Origin: Mageeibacillus sp. UBA1257
GTDB taxonomy: Bacteria; Bacillota; Clostridia; UBA1212; UBA1257
Length of the DNA: 10,685 nt
Direction: 5' to 3'
Assembly: GCA_002308775.1 (NCBI GenBank)
Contig: DBVT01000075.1
Location: 28,206-38,890, forward strand
Positions 1 through 6,646 of the stretch are shown here, in pieces. Positions within the stretch are counted from its first letter, which is position 1. Each line of letters starts with the position of its first letter. A program made the position numbers and the translations under genes. Below the pieces are notes generated by a model. It did no database searches. It was given only the letters and a program-made list of their open reading frames with translations, and was not told the origin of the DNA.

Positions 1-164
1 TTACCGTTTTTGCCGGAGGACTTTTTTGATCTGCCCATAAAACGACTCCGTTCTTTTGTAATAATTAAATACATACCCATACGCCTTTAACATACGGTGT
101 AAACTTAATTATACAACAGAATGTAAAAACGGGCAAGAAATATATTGTCCATTCGAAAACAATC

Positions 165-193
165 TTGACAAGTGAATACAAACGTAGTATAAT
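165..193 (+). promoter_or_regulatory. Sigma-A-type promoter with perfect consensus TTGACA (165-170), a 17-nt spacer and TATAAT (188-193)
   Basis: I read the hexamers directly from the sequence. The predicted transcription start near 200 lies 48 nt upstream of the ferredoxin ATG. Confidence 0.6.
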
Positions 194-247
194 TTCGTCC
201 GCAAGAAGAGGAGTAATTCTTGAATCTTTCACGGAGGTGTATGGAAT

Positions 248-427
248 ATGGCTTTTAAGATCACAGATGATTGTATCGCATGCGGCGCTTGCGCTGCTCA
301 GTGCCCTGTTGAGGCTATCACAGAAGGAGACGGCAAGTTCGAGATCAACGCTGACGAATGCCTTTCATGCGGAAGCTGCGCGGATGTTTGCCCTGTAGGC
401 GCTCCTGTTGAAGACGAAGGCAAATGA
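248..427 (+). CDS. Small 2x[4Fe-4S] ferredoxin of 59 aa, MAFKITDDCIACGACAAQCPVEAITEGDGKFEINADECLSCGSCADVCPVGAPVEDEGK. It is absent from the ORF track because it falls below the length cutoff.
   Basis: The protein carries two CxxCxxCxxxCP cluster-binding motifs, CIACGACAAQCP and CLSCGSCADVCP. GGAGG at 233-237 sits 10 nt upstream of ATG 248, the stop is TGA 425-427, and a consensus promoter lies upstream. Confidence 0.85.
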   Translation: MAFKITDDCIACGACAAQCPVEAITEGDGKFEINADECLSCGSCADVCPVGAPVEDEGK

Positions 428-428
428 T

Positions 429-497
429 CTGCCGAAACGTCGATAATGAAACAAAAGTGTTTCGCGAGGGCTTGTCGTTTTCGGCAGGCCCTTTTTG
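429..497 (+). terminator. Structured region downstream of the ferredoxin gene that may act as an intrinsic terminator or attenuator
   Basis: A candidate terminator hairpin AGGGC (467-471) / GCCCT (488-492) is followed by TTTTT (492-496). An alternative 11-bp long-range stem pairs CTGCCGAAACG (429-439) with CGTTTTCGGCAG (476-487) and encloses a hairpin GAAACA-aaag-TGTTTC (448-463). The two foldings are mutually exclusive. Confidence 0.4.
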
Positions 498-516
498 CTA
501 AAACAGACGGACAGTT

Positions 517-1227
517 ATGACTGATAAACAAAAAGAACTGTTAAGAGATAACGAGCAGCTTTGCGACCTTCAACTCGACGGTCTTTTTCTCATACAGCCT
601 GACGACGTTTTCCACTTCGGAACGGACGCAGTGCTTCTCTCAAACTTCGCGAAACTCCCCAAAGGCGCAAGAGTTATAGATCTCGGAACGGGTACGGGCA
701 TACTCCCGATACTGCTGTCGGCAAAGACGGAAGCGGCTCATTTTACGGGCGTTGAGATACAGGAGAAGGCTGCTGATGCCGCAAAAAGAAACGTTATTAT
801 TAACGGCCTGGAAGGTAAAATAGATATCATCGAAGGAAATATAACAGAGATGACGGCGAAATTCGGCAAGTCTTCATTTGACGCAGTAGTCACGAATCCG
901 CCGTACAAACGCAGCAAAAGCGGTATCAGAAGCGATGACGACGCTGAATACATAGCGAGACACGAAGTGAGCTGCACACTGGAGGATATGATCAAAACAG
1001 CGTCGGAACTGCTCGTTCCGTACGGAAATTTTTACATGGTGAACAGGCCGGAGAGGCTCGCTGACGCGATAGAGACAATGAGAAAATACAGGATCGAACC
1101 GAAAATGCTTCAGTTCGTATCAAAAGACAGCGGCAAGGCGCCGGTGATGTTCCTGATCCACGGAGTACATCTCGGAGGCAAAAACCTGAAGGTGCTGCCG
1201 TCTTTGCACACATCGGAGGAAAAATAA
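517..1227 (+). CDS. Class I SAM-dependent N6-adenine methyltransferase of the COG4123 YabB/TrmN6 family, probably tRNA1(Val) (adenine37-N6)-methyltransferase
   Basis: SAM-binding motif VIDLGTGTGILP and catalytic NPPY motif (VVTNPPYKRS) are present. Synteny immediately upstream of rsmI matches Bacillus yabB-yabC. The stop TAA 1225-1227 overlaps the rsmI ATG. Confidence 0.8.
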   Translation: MTDKQKELLRDNEQLCDLQLDGLFLIQPDDVFHFGTDAVLLSNFAKLPKGARVIDLGTGTGILPILLSAKTEAAHFTGVEIQEKAADAAKRNVIINGLEGKIDIIEGNITEMTAKFGKSSFDAVVTNPPYKRSKSGIRSDDDAEYIARHEVSCTLEDMIKTASELLVPYGNFYMVNRPERLADAIETMRKYRIEPKMLQFVSKDSGKAPVMFLIHGVHLGGKNLKVLPSLHTSEEK

Positions 1228-2069
1228 TGCTTTACATAGTCGCGACTCCAATAGGCAATCTGGGAGATATAACGCAAAGAGCGCTCGAGGTACTTCAGAA
1301 CGCGGATCTTATAGCCGCGGAGGACACGAGACACACTCTGGGCATGCTCACTCATTTCGGCATAAAAAAGCCGCTCATCAGCTATTACGAAGAAAATAAA
1401 ATACAAAGAGGTCCCGAGATCCTTAAAAAACTGTCCGAAGGGCTTGATATCGCGCTCGTGTCAGACGCGGGAATGCCGGGCATCTCAGACCCCGGAAGCG
1501 ACCTGATCAAAGAGGCGATCGCGAATGATATACCTGTGACGGTCGTACCGGGCGCCGCGGCATGCGTCACGGCTGTTGTACTGTCCGGCTTTTCAACGAG
1601 AAGATTCGTCTTCGAGGGTTTTTTGCCTTTTGATAAAAAGGAGAGAAAAGCGGCGCTTAAGGATATCGAAAAAGAGAAGAGAACTTGCGTGATATACGAG
1701 GCTCCTCACAGGCTTCTTAAAACGCTCGAAACGTTAACAGAAGTGACAGCGGGGAGAAGGATAGCTGTCTGCCGCGAGCTCACGAAGAAATTTGAGGAGA
1801 TCAAAAGGGGAAGCGCGGAAGAGATGCTGGAGTATTATACGCAGAACGGCGTGAGAGGGGAGTTCGTGCTCGTCATTGAGGGAAGAGAAGAGGCCGGGCT
1901 TGAAGAAAACGCGCATATCGAAGCAAATGACGAAGATATATTCAAATACGTGAATAAAATGATCGAGGACGGGAACGATAAAAAAACGTCGATGAAGCTC
2001 GCATCGGAGCATTTCGGCGTTTCCAAAAACGATATTTACGCGTCTTTTGAAAAAATGAAAAACAGTTGA
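1227..2069 (+). CDS. rsmI: 16S rRNA (cytidine1402-2'-O)-methyltransferase RsmI
   Basis: The N-terminus YIVATPIGNLGDIT...AAEDTRHT is the RsmI/tetrapyrrole-methylase-fold signature. GGAGG at 1215-1219 lies 7 nt upstream of the start. The TAATG overlap with the upstream gene indicates translational coupling. Confidence 0.9.
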   Translation: MLYIVATPIGNLGDITQRALEVLQNADLIAAEDTRHTLGMLTHFGIKKPLISYYEENKIQRGPEILKKLSEGLDIALVSDAGMPGISDPGSDLIKEAIANDIPVTVVPGAAACVTAVVLSGFSTRRFVFEGFLPFDKKERKAALKDIEKEKRTCVIYEAPHRLLKTLETLTEVTAGRRIAVCRELTKKFEEIKRGSAEEMLEYYTQNGVRGEFVLVIEGREEAGLEENAHIEANDEDIFKYVNKMIEDGNDKKTSMKLASEHFGVSKNDIYASFEKMKNS

Positions 2070-2083
2070 TATTTTTTAAAAGA

Positions 2084-2989
2084 TCAATCTTCTTTTTTTT
2101 CTGTTTTTACTGAATCGACGGGGATCTCGAGGCTGAATTTCGCAAGCAGCAGGAAGAAGAGCCCTCCGACCATCGCTCCCAGAGAGCTGATATTGGCCAT
2201 ATCAAAGTTTGATCTGAACGCGAAAAAGAGCGCTATGCCGCAGAATATGAACGGTAAAACGGCTGTCACAACACCTGAGAGAACCTTTCTGTTTATGAGC
2301 CTCATCAGTTTGCTCACGCTGATCTGGATCAGGAATGAAATGAATCCGGCGATAAGAAAAGCAGTAAGTCCGCAGAGGACTTTTTTGAAAACGTCGGCGT
2401 TCCATGCGCCGGGATCTATCGTATCGAGCTTCATAAAGGAGAAAAATCTGTCAGAAAGCGGGGGAATATTTTTTCCCGCGAGTTTTGATATTCCGTACAT
2501 ATCCGCGAAATCGAAAACGGTCAAAATGACCACGATCGCGATATCGAACGGCAGCTTATATTTGTTGTAAAATTTTTTGAGCGATCTTTCTTTTTCCGGT
2601 CCATTCTCCGCGGGAATATCCGCCAAAGGCATTTCGATCTCTTCGAAGTCTGATCCGGGTTGCTGAGTTTTAACTGAAAGATCGTCGGGATCGGAAACAT
2701 TTTCAAGGACTTCGCCGGAAACACCGTCGGTGACAGGCTCCGAAATATCCTCGGCTGTTTCGACATCCGTGACGAGCTCTTCGGGCACTCCGGGATCATC
2801 GGTCTTTTCAGACAGATCGTCTCTTACGTCCTCTGCAACTTCCGCAGCTGCATCCGCATAATTCGGTTCTTCGGAAGATTCGGACGGCTCGGAAACTTCA
2901 GGCATATCGGCTCTTTTGGCGCGCCTGCCCTGCTCGTAAAACATCTGCTTGTACCGCTCCCAAGCGGCTTTCTTGTCGGAATCAGCCAT
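2084..2989 (-). CDS. Hypothetical membrane protein of 301 aa with a highly acidic, probably disordered N-terminal region of about 130 aa and a C-terminal multi-TM domain
   Basis: The ORF has a good RBS: CCTCC at 2995-2999 on the plus strand reads GGAGG on the minus strand, 5 nt (plus 2990-2994) from the ATG whose A is at 2989. The N-terminus is rich in D/E/S/P and is followed by three to four hydrophobic helices. It runs convergent to rsmI with only a 14-nt gap. I recognise no family. Confidence 0.7.
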   Translation of the reverse strand: MADSDKKAAWERYKQMFYEQGRRAKRADMPEVSEPSESSEEPNYADAAAEVAEDVRDDLSEKTDDPGVPEELVTDVETAEDISEPVTDGVSGEVLENVSDPDDLSVKTQQPGSDFEEIEMPLADIPAENGPEKERSLKKFYNKYKLPFDIAIVVILTVFDFADMYGISKLAGKNIPPLSDRFFSFMKLDTIDPGAWNADVFKKVLCGLTAFLIAGFISFLIQISVSKLMRLINRKVLSGVVTAVLPFIFCGIALFFAFRSNFDMANISSLGAMVGGLFFLLLAKFSLEIPVDSVKTEKKED

Positions 2990-3036
2990 AATTTCCTCCA
3001 GTAAAATCCCGAAACAACGATTTGAATTGCCTAATT

Positions 3037-3065
3037 ATTATAACCGATTGAAAAACAAATGTGAA
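3037..3065 (-). promoter_or_regulatory. Sigma-A-type promoter for the 2084-2989 membrane protein gene
   Basis: On the minus strand the -10 TATAAT corresponds to plus ATTATA 3037-3042. A 17-nt spacer separates it from the -35 TTCACA (plus TGTGAA 3060-3065). The resulting 5' UTR is about 40 nt. Confidence 0.45.
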
Positions 3066-3088
3066 ATCTTTTTCAAATGTGGTATACT
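3060..3088 (+). promoter_or_regulatory. Extended -10 promoter TGgTATACT (3080-3088) for the deacetylase gene, with a weak -35 TGTGAA at 3060-3065
   Basis: TGn is directly joined to TATACT, and 17 nt separate it from the -35 position. That position is the same six bases used as -35 by the divergent minus-strand promoter. A direct repeat CAAATGTG occurs at 3056-3063 and 3074-3081, and an inverted repeat TGAAA-tctt-TTTCA at 3062-3075 lies between them. Confidence 0.4.
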
Positions 3089-3151
3089 TTTAATCGTGTT
3101 CGTATATCGTAAAAGCGGTCGAGAACAAAAAAACTTACAACGGGGATAGTC

Positions 3152-4375
3152 ATGGGAACGAAGAATACAAAAGAAAATTCAAAAATCACAGGATTGCTGT
3201 TTGTGCTGATGTCGCTGATCATAGTGCTGGTCATCATTTTGATAGTCGCAAAAGGCGTAAAGGATAACAGAAAACCGGAAGCTGCGAAAACGCCTGACAC
3301 CACCGCTACCGAAGGGATAGTCCAGGTAGCGACACCTACTCCGACTGACGGGACGAGTCAGTTTGAAGAGACAGCCACGCCCTACGGCCCTACAGACGAG
3401 CCTGCAAATACTCCTGACGGCTCGACAGCGACAGCGACCGCACCGTCTACACCTACTCCGACGCCTTCGCCCAAACCGACTGAAACGCCGAAGAATACGA
3501 ATACGCCCGATCCCAATAATATATACGCGACAAGTGTCGATCCGATGGCGGGATCTCTGATGGACTATTCATTCATGGCGGGAGTCAGTACAGACTATTT
3601 CCACGATATAAATATCAACGACCGCTATCAGTCCGGCAAGTTCAAAGGCTTGCTCTGCGGCTCATGGTGGAGCGGCACCGAGATCAAGGACAGCAACGGA
3701 AAGATAACAAACGTCAAGAGAAGCGCTGCGACGGAAGCGCTCCTCGCAAAATACAACGCCTGCTACATCGACAGAACCAACGGCAAGAGGATATACCTCA
3801 CATTCGACTGCGGCTATGAAAACGGACAGACTAACAGGATCCTCGATACGCTCAAATCGAGAAACGTAAAGGCGACGTTCTTCGTCACGACTCAGTTCCT
3901 CGGAGAAGATACCGCGAAGACAACATGCGAGAGGATGATCGCCGAAGGCCACATTATAGGAAACCACACGAAGAGCCACCAGAATATGATGCTGGGAACA
4001 AATGATAACTTTGTAAGCGAGCTTGCCGCTCCGCAGAAGAAACTGAACGAGCTGCTCGGGTACGAATACAAGATGAAATTTTACCGTCCGCCGGAAGGAG
4101 CGTCCTCTGAAAGAGACCTCGCTCTCGCGAAGGCGCTCGGATACAGAGTGGCTTTCTGGAGCTTCGCATACGGAGATTACAACGTAAACAATCAGATGGA
4201 TCCCGAAAAGGCTCTTAATAACTATCTTAAGGCAAAGATCCATCCCGGAGCTGTTTATCTGCTGCACGCTGTCTCGGAAACGAATGCGACGATCCTGGGA
4301 GATTTTATAGATTACGCCCTGTCTGAGGGATACACTTTCGCGAGCCTCGCGGATTACCCGTTGTCAAATCCGTGA
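3152..4375 (+). CDS. Membrane-anchored polysaccharide deacetylase of the NodB/CE4 family, PdaA-like (delta-lactam-biosynthetic de-N-acetylase type)
   Basis: An N-terminal TM helix (LLFVLMSLIIVLVIILIV) is followed by a ~90-aa Thr/Pro-rich linker and then a NodB domain. The domain has motif 1 TFDCGYENG (the FDxGYENG variant typical of the PdaA family), motif 2 GHIIGNHTKSH and motif 3 YRPPEG. An RBS GGGGA lies upstream of ATG 3152. Confidence 0.85.
   Translation: MGTKNTKENSKITGLLFVLMSLIIVLVIILIVAKGVKDNRKPEAAKTPDTTATEGIVQVATPTPTDGTSQFEETATPYGPTDEPANTPDGSTATATAPSTPTPTPSPKPTETPKNTNTPDPNNIYATSVDPMAGSLMDYSFMAGVSTDYFHDININDRYQSGKFKGLLCGSWWSGTEIKDSNGKITNVKRSAATEALLAKYNACYIDRTNGKRIYLTFDCGYENGQTNRILDTLKSRNVKATFFVTTQFLGEDTAKTTCERMIAEGHIIGNHTKSHQNMMLGTNDNFVSELAAPQKKLNELLGYEYKMKFYRPPEGASSERDLALAKALGYRVAFWSFAYGDYNVNNQMDPEKALNNYLKAKIHPGAVYLLHAVSETNATILGDFIDYALSEGYTFASLADYPLSNP
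3290..3500 (+). repeat. Low-complexity Thr/Pro/Ala-rich linker coding region within the deacetylase gene
   Basis: The translation TPDTTATEG...TATATAPSTPTPTPSPKPTETPKNTNTPDP is compositionally biased. A 13-nt stretch CACCTACTCCGAC recurs near 3332 and 3450. Confidence 0.5.
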
Positions 4376-4390
4376 TACAGATATTGCAAG

Positions 4391-4413
4391 GCGTTTTTCA
4401 AGGCGCGAAACGC
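4391..4413 (+). other. Intercistronic stem-loop between the deacetylase and the downstream ORF, with a 6-bp stem and an 11-nt loop
   Basis: GCGTTT (4391-4396) pairs with AAACGC (4408-4413). No T-run follows, so it is not a canonical terminator. It could be an RNA processing or stability element. Confidence 0.3.
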
Positions 4414-4431
4414 TGAAAGAAAGGAAAGAAA

Positions 4432-5109
4432 TTGGCTGTAAAATATTCTCTCATAAGCAGAAAAGCGATCATATTTTTCAGTTTTCTGATCATATTCGCG
4501 ATCATGGCAGTCGTAGGTATCGATATACTCCGAGAGGCGGTCACAACGACTGCTACAGGCAACGACGAGGTCATGTTCGATAATATGTATTCCGGTTCAC
4601 GCTACTTTTTCAGGATCGGATATCCGAACGACTGGTCGTACGAGGCGGGTCAGTACGGTTTTTACCTGAATAAAGAGAAGCACGAGGCGGTGGAACTTTT
4701 CCCGGTAAAAATGGTCAGGGAAACCGAGGGTACCGCTACAGCCCAGCCGTCTGACTTTGAGCGTGTCGAAGGCGTTACGATAGCCGTTTATCAGATCCCT
4801 ATCGAGAACGGCGACTTATCCTACAAGGCAAAGAACGCGATGGACGATCTGCTTGCGGAAGTTGGCGGGACAGAAGGCTACACCTTCGGTGAACCTGCGA
4901 GCCTGACCACGGAGAATGTCACATTTTACAGGACGGAATACAGCTATTACGAGGAAGGCGTGACCCACAGATGCGCTCTTTACACCGCGACGAGAAGCAT
5001 GTGCAAATATGTGATAGTGACTGACTGCAAGGGATATCTCGAGGGGGAATACAAGGAGACGATGGACAAAATGATAAAAGATTTCAGGTTCTCCGTATTT
5101 GACGATTGA
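4432..5109 (+). CDS. Hypothetical membrane-anchored extracytoplasmic protein of 225 aa with a TTG start, probably co-transcribed with the deacetylase
   Basis: An N-terminal TM/signal anchor AIIFFSFLIIFAIMAVVG is present. AAGGAAAG lies 6 nt upstream of TTG 4432. The first in-frame ATG would bisect the hydrophobic helix, so the TTG start is preferred. I recognise no family. Confidence 0.6.
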   Translation: MAVKYSLISRKAIIFFSFLIIFAIMAVVGIDILREAVTTTATGNDEVMFDNMYSGSRYFFRIGYPNDWSYEAGQYGFYLNKEKHEAVELFPVKMVRETEGTATAQPSDFERVEGVTIAVYQIPIENGDLSYKAKNAMDDLLAEVGGTEGYTFGEPASLTTENVTFYRTEYSYYEEGVTHRCALYTATRSMCKYVIVTDCKGYLEGEYKETMDKMIKDFRFSVFDD

Positions 5110-5134
5110 AAAAACATGAATGAAATGGTAAAAT
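5106..5134 (+). promoter_or_regulatory. Strong sigma-A-type promoter TTGAAA (5106-5111), 17-nt spacer, TGgTAAAAT (5126-5134)
   Basis: Consensus-like -35 and extended -10 elements are read directly from the sequence. The -35 overlaps the stop codon (5107-5109) of the upstream ORF. A GGGAG RBS sits 9 nt before ATG 5173. Confidence 0.6.
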
Positions 5135-5172
5135 ATATCACAACACCAATACAGTGAAGGGAGTTTAAGAAA

Positions 5173-6507
5173 ATGGGACTTATTAAAGCAATCGGCGCAG
5201 CCTTGAGCACGACTCTGGCTGATCAATGGAAGGAATATTTCTACTGTGACGCTCTTGATGCAGACGTTCTGGTAGTAAAGGGACAAAAACGCATTTCCGG
5301 CAAATCGTCAAACACTAAAGGCAGCGACAATATCATTTCGAACGGATCTCTCATCGCGGTCGCTGACGGACAGTGTATGATCATCGTGGAGCAGGGCAAA
5401 GTCGTTGAGTTCTGCGCTGAACCCGGAGAATTCAAATATGATACTTCTACGGAGCCCAGCCTTTTCGCAGGCAAACTCGGAAAGAGCATCCTGGACACAT
5501 TCAAAGTCATAGGGAAGCGTTTCACATTCGGCGGCGACACAGCTAAGGATCAGCGCGTTTACTATTTCAACACGAAGGAGATCATGGACAACAAGTTCGG
5601 GACACAGAACCCCGTTCCGTTCAGAGTCGTGGATTCGAAGATCGGACTCGATATCGATGTAGCCATCCGCTGCTCAGGCCTTTATTCATACAGGATCTCT
5701 GACCCGCTGCTTTTCTACAAAAACGTATGCGGCAATGTTGAGGCCGACTTTACGAGAGACAAGATCGACCAGCAGCTCAAAACTGAATTCGTCAGCGCTC
5801 TGCAGCCCGCTTTCGGAAAACTTTCCGAACTCGAACTCAGACCCAACCAGATAGTTACACATAACACAGACCTCGAAAATGCCATGAACGAATCGCTCTC
5901 ATCCAAATGGAGCGAACTCAGAGGTATCACTGTCGTGACAGTCGCTCTCGGAACAGTCACTCTTCCCGAAGAGGACGCAGAGCTCATCAAACAGGCTCAG
6001 AGAACAGCGATGCTCAAAGATCCGACGATGGCAGGCGCTACGCTCGTCGGCGCTCAGGCAGACGCTATGAAAGCCGCAGCTTCAAACGAAGCAGGCGCGA
6101 TGACAGGATTCCTCGGAATGGGAATGGCAATGAACGCGGCAGGCGGAATGAACGCTCAGAACCTTTATGCTATGGGACAGCAGAACCCTCAGGGGCCTCA
6201 GACACCTTCGGGCGGCGCGGCACCGGCAAAAGCAGGCTGGACATGCCCCGCTTGCGGAACGACCGCGACAGGCAATTTCTGCCCCGAGTGCGGAGCGAAG
6301 AAGCCCGAAGAAAAAGAAGGCTGGACTTGCCCCGTTTGCGGCGTAGTCAACAAAGGCAAATTCTGCTCCGAATGCGGCGCAAGAAGACCCGCGGGAGCAC
6401 CCGTTTACAAGTGCGACAAGTGCGGATGGGTCCCGGAGGATCCCAAGAACCCGCCGAAGTTCTGCCCTGAATGCGGCGACAAATTCGACGAAGACGACGC
6501 CCAGTAA
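5173..6507 (+). CDS. SPFH/band-7 (stomatin-prohibitin-like) domain protein with a C-terminal Gly/Ala/Met-rich linker and three tandem zinc-ribbon modules, COG4260/YdjI-like
   Basis: The N-terminus MGLIKAIGAALSTTLADQWKEYFYCD is characteristic of the COG4260 family. The C-terminus contains WTCPACG...FCPECG, WTCPVCG...FCSECG and YKCDKCG...FCPECG, each a CxxC-N(10-17)-CxxC zinc ribbon. The gene has its own promoter and terminator. Confidence 0.85.
   Translation: MGLIKAIGAALSTTLADQWKEYFYCDALDADVLVVKGQKRISGKSSNTKGSDNIISNGSLIAVADGQCMIIVEQGKVVEFCAEPGEFKYDTSTEPSLFAGKLGKSILDTFKVIGKRFTFGGDTAKDQRVYYFNTKEIMDNKFGTQNPVPFRVVDSKIGLDIDVAIRCSGLYSYRISDPLLFYKNVCGNVEADFTRDKIDQQLKTEFVSALQPAFGKLSELELRPNQIVTHNTDLENAMNESLSSKWSELRGITVVTVALGTVTLPEEDAELIKQAQRTAMLKDPTMAGATLVGAQADAMKAAASNEAGAMTGFLGMGMAMNAAGGMNAQNLYAMGQQNPQGPQTPSGGAAPAKAGWTCPACGTTATGNFCPECGAKKPEEKEGWTCPVCGVVNKGKFCSECGARRPAGAPVYKCDKCGWVPEDPKNPPKFCPECGDKFDEDDAQ
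6235..6341 (+). repeat. Tandem duplication within the gene that encodes zinc ribbons 1 and 2, with an 84-nt period
   Basis: GGCTGGACATGCCCCGCTTGCGG (6235-6257) and GGCTGGACTTGCCCCGTTTGCGG (6319-6341) match at 21 of 23 positions. Confidence 0.6.
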
Positions 6508-6526
6508 CAGTAAAAATCAATGACAA

Positions 6527-6566
6527 ATACCGCAGTGTCCGGAAAGGATACTGCGGTATTTTTTTG
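6527..6566 (+). terminator. Rho-independent terminator of the SPFH gene
   Basis: A 10-bp perfect stem ATACCGCAGT (6527-6536) / ACTGCGGTAT (6550-6559) with a 13-nt loop is followed by TTTTTTT (6560-6566), 20 nt after the TAA stop. Confidence 0.8.
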
Positions 6567-6646
6567 TGACTATCCGTTTTTGTCTTCTCGGGCTGATCAA
6601 AAAAGCACACCGGAGCAGTTGTTGACTTCATGCGCGGGCATACGGA

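Noticed and set aside
1-30. A CCG-TTTTT-GCCGG...TTTTTT element at the window start, possibly the tail of an upstream terminator
   Set aside because: It is truncated by the window edge and has only a 3-bp stem within view, so it cannot be evaluated.
165-531. The track ORFs 165-398 (+) and 298-531 (-)
   Set aside because: Both overlap the ferredoxin gene, which has diagnostic Cys motifs and proper expression signals. Neither has an RBS or recognisable domains.
3040-3151. A sporulation sigma-factor (sigma-E, -G or -K) promoter upstream of the PdaA-like gene
   Set aside because: I looked for CATACA-T, CATnnTA and AC-N17-CATAnnnTA patterns and found none convincing. Only a sigma-A-like extended -10 is present.
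3662-4267. A 201-aa antisense ORF within the deacetylase gene
   Set aside because: It has no translation signals and a random-looking sequence. The sense gene carries clear NodB motifs.
5907-6470. A 187-aa highly Arg-rich ORF in the +1 frame inside the SPFH gene
   Set aside because: It is an alternative-frame artefact of the GC-rich Gly/Ala/Cys codon region, and the composition of its product is implausible for a protein.
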